A DNA stretch of 64,000 nt from Phyllosticta citribraziliensis (taxonomy: Eukaryota): NCBI RefSeq assembly GCF_038025025.1, contig NW_027117342.1, forward strand, positions 434,001-498,000, written 5' to 3'. Position numbers and translations under genes: made by a program. Of this stretch, positions 58,823-64,000 are shown one piece after another (position 1 is the stretch's first letter; each line of letters starts with the position of its first letter). The notes below the pieces were generated by a model. The model worked only from the letters and a program-made list of their open reading frames with translations, did no database searches and had not been told where the DNA came from.

Positions 58823-61240
58823 TCAGGTCCTCCTCTTCTTTCTTTGCTGCACGGGTACAATCTCCACGCCGTTTCTTCTCTTCCTGCCCTGCCCATCCCT
58901 CCTATGAAGTGAATATACTGGCGCAGTGCAATGCTGTGGGGTTTTGCAAGTATTGCAATAGTTGCACCCATACTCCAACATTTCATAGTCCTTATTGTCT
59001 TGGTTTTCCTTGTTCCATAAGGAAATATGATGGTCTCGCAATTCGCATTGGATGGCAACGGGGCACGTCGTCTTGAAAATACGGTCTCCTGGCGGCTGAC
59101 TACCTGGCTGGATCCAATCCAAAAAGTGGAGGAATTGGCAGATGGTCTCGCAATCGACTTCTCCATAGCAGGCATGCGTAATGATCTCAATGGCTCGGTG
59201 GAGACGCTTTAGGTTCGGTTTTTGATTCAACGGCAAGTTTAGAGCTGCCGCCCATCCGTTCAGGATCGAATGAATCCCGCATACCCACCCTTGATTTTGA
59301 TGCGGGACTGTCGGCCAGGTAAATCTTCCCTGTGGAATAGGATTGTCGTCGTTTGCCCACCATCTCGTTCTTTGCAGAAAGTTTTGGACATATTGTTGGA
59401 CTCGTGGAGGCTCCAAAAACGTACCCGATGAGTCGAAGACCTGGGCACTCCAGGTGCCTTCTGATTTCTCGTGTCTTATATAAGCCACAACGATGTGTCC
59501 TTTTTTGCCTGTGCTGACTTCCAGTTCTTCGTCTGATTCCGGTTCTTCATTATTCATAACAATTGGCAATACAACGTCCTTTCTTCTGCGGACGATGTCG
59601 AATCTTGCATCTAATTCCGAGGCGTTGTCAGAGGGCGCTGGCCTATCGAACCCGAATTTGGCATTGTCAAGCTGTAATAGGCTGTACAAACTGAATTGTT
59701 TGCCTCTCCCATTAAGACTTATGGCTTCTGTGACAGCTAGGGTGGCCCGTATGACATCGTCTTCGTCCAGATATATCCCGTCCCGGGTACAAAACCATTC
59801 GTGCAAAGGCCCAGTAAGCTTGCCTGAATGGTCTTTTGTCGCTTTTTTGAACACCTTTGTATTTTGGAACTGTTGCCTGGATTTGTGAATGCTCCGGTTA
59901 TACAAGTCTCCTCTGCTGGCGTTTGGTAAAACTGTTGGAACGCAGTGTGGGAACACAGGACACCCTGAGAAACAGTGTTTGTCCACAGGACAGTTGATAC
60001 AGCTTGTGTCGTTGCTGTCGGAATTTTTCCCGCAGTGACCAGACAAAGCGCAATTGATGCATTGCGGTTGCTGTCCGTTCTGCTGTCCGTTCTGCTGTCC
60101 GTTCTGCTGTCCGTTCTGCTGTCCGTTCTGCTGTCCGTTCTGCTGTCCGTTCTGCTGTCCATTCTCTTGCCCATTCGGCTGTGCATTCTCCTGTCCATTC
60201 TGCTGTCCAGTGGGCGGTCCGTCCTGTCGATCATCCTGTGTTCGATCCTGCGTATTCTGCGTCTGCTGCGTCTCCTGTGGTGTATTTCCCGAAGTGTCCA
60301 GTAGCGGATCTGGCAACTCGGTTCGTTCACCCTCTTGGCCCGTCTGTCCCCGCTCACCTTCCCCATCCTGCGTGCCGCCATCATTGTTTCCCACAGATGG
60401 AGAGATCAACGCCCTCACAGTCGTGTAATGCGCATCAAACGCGGCACCGCTCAAATTGACCGTCCGAGCAAAGAGTCCCGCCTGTGGCCATTGGGGGTCA
60501 AAGTCGCCAGTCACAACCTTGGCCTTGACAAGCACAGCGAAAAGGACCGAAGGCGTTGCTCCCCCGCTGGCCGCATCTATGATGGCGGCGCTCACGTACT
60601 GTTTGTCCTTTTCAATGTTCTTTTGGCTGCCCAAGTTGGGCAACTTGGCAGCGATTGGCAGTTGCAGCGCGATGGCCCAGGCGATGAGGAAGACGAGGTA
60701 GCGGGGGTTGTTGAGGGGGTCTCGAACCAAATCGATCCATGTTGCGAAGGGAGCTGGTGGGGGGTTGAGATTGGATCCAAACCAGTTTCTGTAGTGCAGG
60801 AACCGCATGACGAGCTGTGTCTCCGTATTTTTCTCACTGTCTGTGATAAGTAGCGAGGAAACATCGTAAAACGTAAGCGCAACGCTTTGTTGTGTGGGTG
60901 TAGCATTGCTTCCTCCCTGTTGGGTGCTGTTTTGAAGGCGAACGTGAACGAGTATAAGCTCATTCTGGCCCTGAACGGGCTGGCCCTGAGCGGTCAATAT
61001 CCATGGGAGCAGGACTGGCTCTCCGCTCCTGAGGATGGGATCGATTTGCGAATTGCTGCCCAGGCCAGTCCATAAGTTGCTAGGGTCAAGGCCGAATTGA
61101 TTGTTCGGGTCGCTCTGGCTGATGGCTTCCGTGACGCTGAGTATGGCTCGACGGATCAAGTCCTCGTTTGGCTCCGTAGCTGGCACTAGATTTGGATATT
61201 GTCTCTTCAGAACTTTCGTTTCTTCCCTCCAGTTGACCAT
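58823..61240 (-). CDS. Uncharacterised intronless ~805-aa protein with tandem Ulp1/CE-clan-like domains; paralogue B
   Basis: Uninterrupted ORF from ATG 61240; collinear with 7882-10269; 'YLDEDDVIRA', 'DVVLPIV', 'GHIVVAYI', 'VFDSSG', 'VPHQNQGWVCGIH'. Confidence 0.85.
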   Translation of the reverse strand: MVNWREETKVLKRQYPNLVPATEPNEDLIRRAILSVTEAISQSDPNNQFGLDPSNLWTGLGSNSQIDPILRSGEPVLLPWILTAQGQPVQGQNELILVHVRLQNSTQQGGSNATPTQQSVALTFYDVSSLLITDSEKNTETQLVMRFLHYRNWFGSNLNPPPAPFATWIDLVRDPLNNPRYLVFLIAWAIALQLPIAAKLPNLGSQKNIEKDKQYVSAAIIDAASGGATPSVLFAVLVKAKVVTGDFDPQWPQAGLFARTVNLSGAAFDAHYTTVRALISPSVGNNDGGTQDGEGERGQTGQEGERTELPDPLLDTSGNTPQETQQTQNTQDRTQDDRQDGPPTGQQNGQENAQPNGQENGQQNGQQNGQQNGQQNGQQNGQQNGQQNGQQPQCINCALSGHCGKNSDSNDTSCINCPVDKHCFSGCPVFPHCVPTVLPNASRGDLYNRSIHKSRQQFQNTKVFKKATKDHSGKLTGPLHEWFCTRDGIYLDEDDVIRATLAVTEAISLNGRGKQFSLYSLLQLDNAKFGFDRPAPSDNASELDARFDIVRRRKDVVLPIVMNNEEPESDEELEVSTGKKGHIVVAYIRHEKSEGTWSAQVFDSSGTFLEPPRVQQYVQNFLQRTRWWANDDNPIPQGRFTWPTVPHQNQGWVCGIHSILNGWAAALNLPLNQKPNLKRLHRAIEIITHACYGEVDCETICQFLHFLDWIQPGSQPPGDRIFKTTCPVAIQCELRDHHISLWNKENQDNKDYEMLEYGCNYCNTCKTPQHCTAPVYSLHRRDGQGRKRRNGVEIVPVQQRKKRRT
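60071..60154 (-). repeat. Perfect 12-bp tandem repeat x7 (CTGTCCGTTCTG on +) encoding QQNG in paralogue B
   Basis: Seven exact copies counted, followed by degenerate copies. Confidence 0.95.
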
Positions 61241-61690
61241 CTTGAAGTCCACTTGGCCAGTATTTTGTCCGGTAGGAAGAGAAACAAAAATGAAAGGTCA
61301 GCGACCGATATCAGGTTTAAACAACGTGTCCCGCTGGTTCTCTTTGTTAGTCTCAGAACGAGCACACATCTGTACCCGCTTTGATCAAAAGCATCACCCC
61401 GCCAGAAAAGGACAACAAAGGGCATCCTGCCGTCTTTATCAACCAACACAATCCAATCCCAGGTGCTATAGTAGTAGCTCCTGGTCGCACCGCGACGTCT
61501 AGCTGTCGACGCAGATCGGCTCTGAATACACATACGGACCAAATCTCGAATACCCAATTACAACGCTCAAACAGTGAGAAACAAAGCATTCGTTTTGATG
61601 TGGCGAACGCCCTCAATGCCAGATACGCTCAATGCCCAAAAACCGGCAGGTGCAAATGTTTTGGGAAAACTCCACCGATGCCGAATCCAA

Positions 61691-63719
61691 TCAACCCATG
61701 GCATTGCGCCTGTGCGCGTCCTCGACCGCCTTGTGGAAATTCGTCTTGTAAATGAAGAGACCCTCGATACCCGAGACGAGCGCCAGACCGATGGCGGGAC
61801 CCTGGGAAAATTAGCGCGACTCAGGATATGGAAAGGGGTAAACGTACCGCCCACAACCCGTACAATCCCCATCCCAGGCCAAAGCCGGTGCCGAAAGAAA
61901 TCGGCATGGCGACGACGTAGTAGCTGAAAAGATTGACGTAGCCGCCGATTTCCTGACGGCCGAGGCCGCGCAGGATGCCGCTGCAAGCCGCAGCGATGGC
62001 GTCGAACCACTGGAAGGCGGCGCAGACGGGTAAGATGGCGGCAACGACGGCGACGACGTCCGGGTCGTTGGAGAAGAGGTGGGGGATGTAGTTGCGCAGG
62101 CTAGACAGCAGGACCATGTTGAAGATGCCAATGACGGCGGCCACGGCGAGCGACACAGCGGCGGCCGTCTTTGCGGCCTTGGACAGCGTGGCGCCGATCA
62201 AGTTGGCGATGCGCGTCGATGCTGCAATCGACACGGGGAATGGGAGGTAGTACGTCAGCGCCGAGATGGATGACAGCACGCTCTGCGCCGCCAGGTGCGT
62301 CGTCGAGATCCAGCTCGCCGACAGCGTCAAAATTTCAAACGCCAAAAATTCTGTCCGCGGTTAGACACCTGCCTTGCTCGGAGGATAAAAGCTTCACTCA
62401 CCTGCTAAAACCATGACGAGCCCCGGGAGCGCGAGCCGAATCATCGGGCCCCAGTTGCGCAGCGCGGCGCGCGAGAAGCCGCCCCAGCATTGCCGGCCGT
62501 CGACGAAGCGAACGTACAGAAAGAGGAAGAGGGGGAGTAAATTCTCCGTGATACTCACTGCAATGGGCGCGCCGATGAAGCCCCACTCGAATCGCCACAC
62601 AAACAGCCAGTTGAGAAAGGCGTTGAGGGGCGCGCAGATGAGCAGTACGTAAAGGGTCGCGGAGAAGAGACCTTGTGCTTGCACATAGCGCTTTGCGCTC
62701 TCAAAGGCGGCGTAGCCTGGCGCGCCAAAGATCAAAACTTTGAGGTACAGCCCAGCCAGCCGGGCTGTCTCTTTTTCTGGAACAATGGCTTCGAGGATCT
62801 GGGTTCCGGCTGCCCAGATGATGGCAATGGGGACGGTAATGGCCCAGAGAAAGTAGACCATGCGCTGGAGCTGCAGACCGACCAGCGTCCTTTTTCCGGA
62901 ACCGTAGGCTTGCGCGCATAGAGTGTCCAGCGAAGTTGCCAGGCCTTGGTAGACGGCGTAACCCGTAATGTTTGCCGTCATACTGGCCAGACTGACGGCG
63001 CCAAGCTCAATCTTGCCAATGTGGCCGACGGTAAACACAGAGGCGATTGTCAAGCTGTACTGAAGCAGGAAGGTGAGGACCAGGGAACGCGAGTACTTGG
63101 CCAACACCTTGGCCTCGCGCTGCCAGGTCGTTTCAATCAGACCAGCTGCAACGGCCTCTTCCCAGCGCTTGTTGATTTCCTCGGGCGAATCGTGGCCGCC
63201 ATACGGCTTGTTGGAATCGTTGTCGCCCAGCAAAGCGGTGCGCTCGTCTGCTCCCGGACTGGCGTGATCCAAGGCCGCTTCCTCGTCCAAGCTGCGGCGC
63301 AGGCGCGGGATCGAGAATTTGCCCTGCAGCGGGCTGTCGGTGCTCCCTCTGCGCGGATGCTTGGGCGGAATCAGGCTGTTGTCTCGCAGCAGACTGCGCT
63401 CGTCGTGCCACGCCTCTTTGCGTTCGCGCTCTGTCAGATATCCATGCTCTTGCGCGCTGTGAACGACGGTCCCTCGAGGCCCGCTCGTAACGGCGCTCGG
63501 CCGGTGATAGCCTTCTTGGAACGTGTATTCCGACGGCTTGAATGATTCGTCCTCGTCCTCGTCGTCTATGGCGAATTCCGCATCCTCGAGATCCTGGGCA
63601 ATGGCAGCCGCGGCAATGGGCGACGATGCATTGAACGACGAGAGCTGCGACCTGAACGAGGTGCTGAACAGGCCTGGACCTGGCTCGGGAACGCGAGCAG
63701 GCACGTCTTTTGGCCCCAT
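61691..63719 (-). CDS. MATE-family efflux transporter, 3 exons
   Basis: 'VGHIGKIELGAVSLASMTANITG', 'LDTLCAQAYG', 'LALPG', 'STRIANLIGA', 'GILRGLGRQEIG', 'YVVAMP'. Confidence 0.93.
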
Positions 63720-64000
63720 GATGAAAGAAAATTGAATTGCTCAAGTTGAAAGAGACGAGGCAGTCCTAATATGGAGCCTCGGGTGGCGGGACAGTCATCT
63801 TTGTTAGGGCGCGCCGATAGGAAAAAGGTGCCGTTAGGGGACAGGGCCGGCAGCGAGCGACCGACTATCTGATGACTGGCACTGGCGGCCGCTACGCCGG
63901 CGGCTCTCTTCCTTTAACAGCATGTCTACCCGATCCGATGGCGGCGTAGTAACTGTGGTATCTGGCGCAGTGGTACGGCTAGAAAAGGCTCGTCGTGCGT

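Noticed and set aside
60071..60154. Regular repeat array superficially like CRISPR
   Set aside because: No spacers; it is an in-frame coding minisatellite in a eukaryotic gene.

Overview
Gene-dense, GC-rich DNA from a filamentous ascomycete (Pezizomycotina; short GT-AG introns with CTRAC branch points, microsatellite-rich intergenic DNA). About 28 protein-coding genes can be supported, mostly conserved housekeeping genes: Git3-type GPCR (partial), UCH deubiquitinase, TFIIA-gamma, V-ATPase c'', gephyrin/CnxE, IPP isomerase, F-box/UIM protein, inositol polyphosphate multikinase, PMC1-type Ca-ATPase, MFS, class I GATase, Golgi apyrase, DASH Dad1, Rho4, sphingoid-base phosphate phosphatase, Mzt1, eIF2B-alpha, mitochondrial S12, Tvp15, PhoD-like protein, HAK K+ transporter, thioredoxin-like protein and MATE. 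The standout is a pair of diverged, intronless ~800-aa paralogues about 50 kb apart (7882-10269 and 58823-61240). They share an architecture I cannot assign to a named family: a catalytically dead Ulp1/CE-clan-like domain, a Q/N tetrapeptide repeat, tandem C-x2-C-x4-H-C motifs, an intact Ulp1-like His-Asp-Gln-Cys protease domain, another C-x2-C-x4-H-C motif and a basic NLS. Also noted: unusually long, structured introns in DAD1 and TVP15, and a PMC1 leader with a 5'UTR intron, uORFs and Crz1-like sites. Gene identities come from motif recognition by eye; no database search was run. Coordinates of spliced genes are start-to-stop spans.
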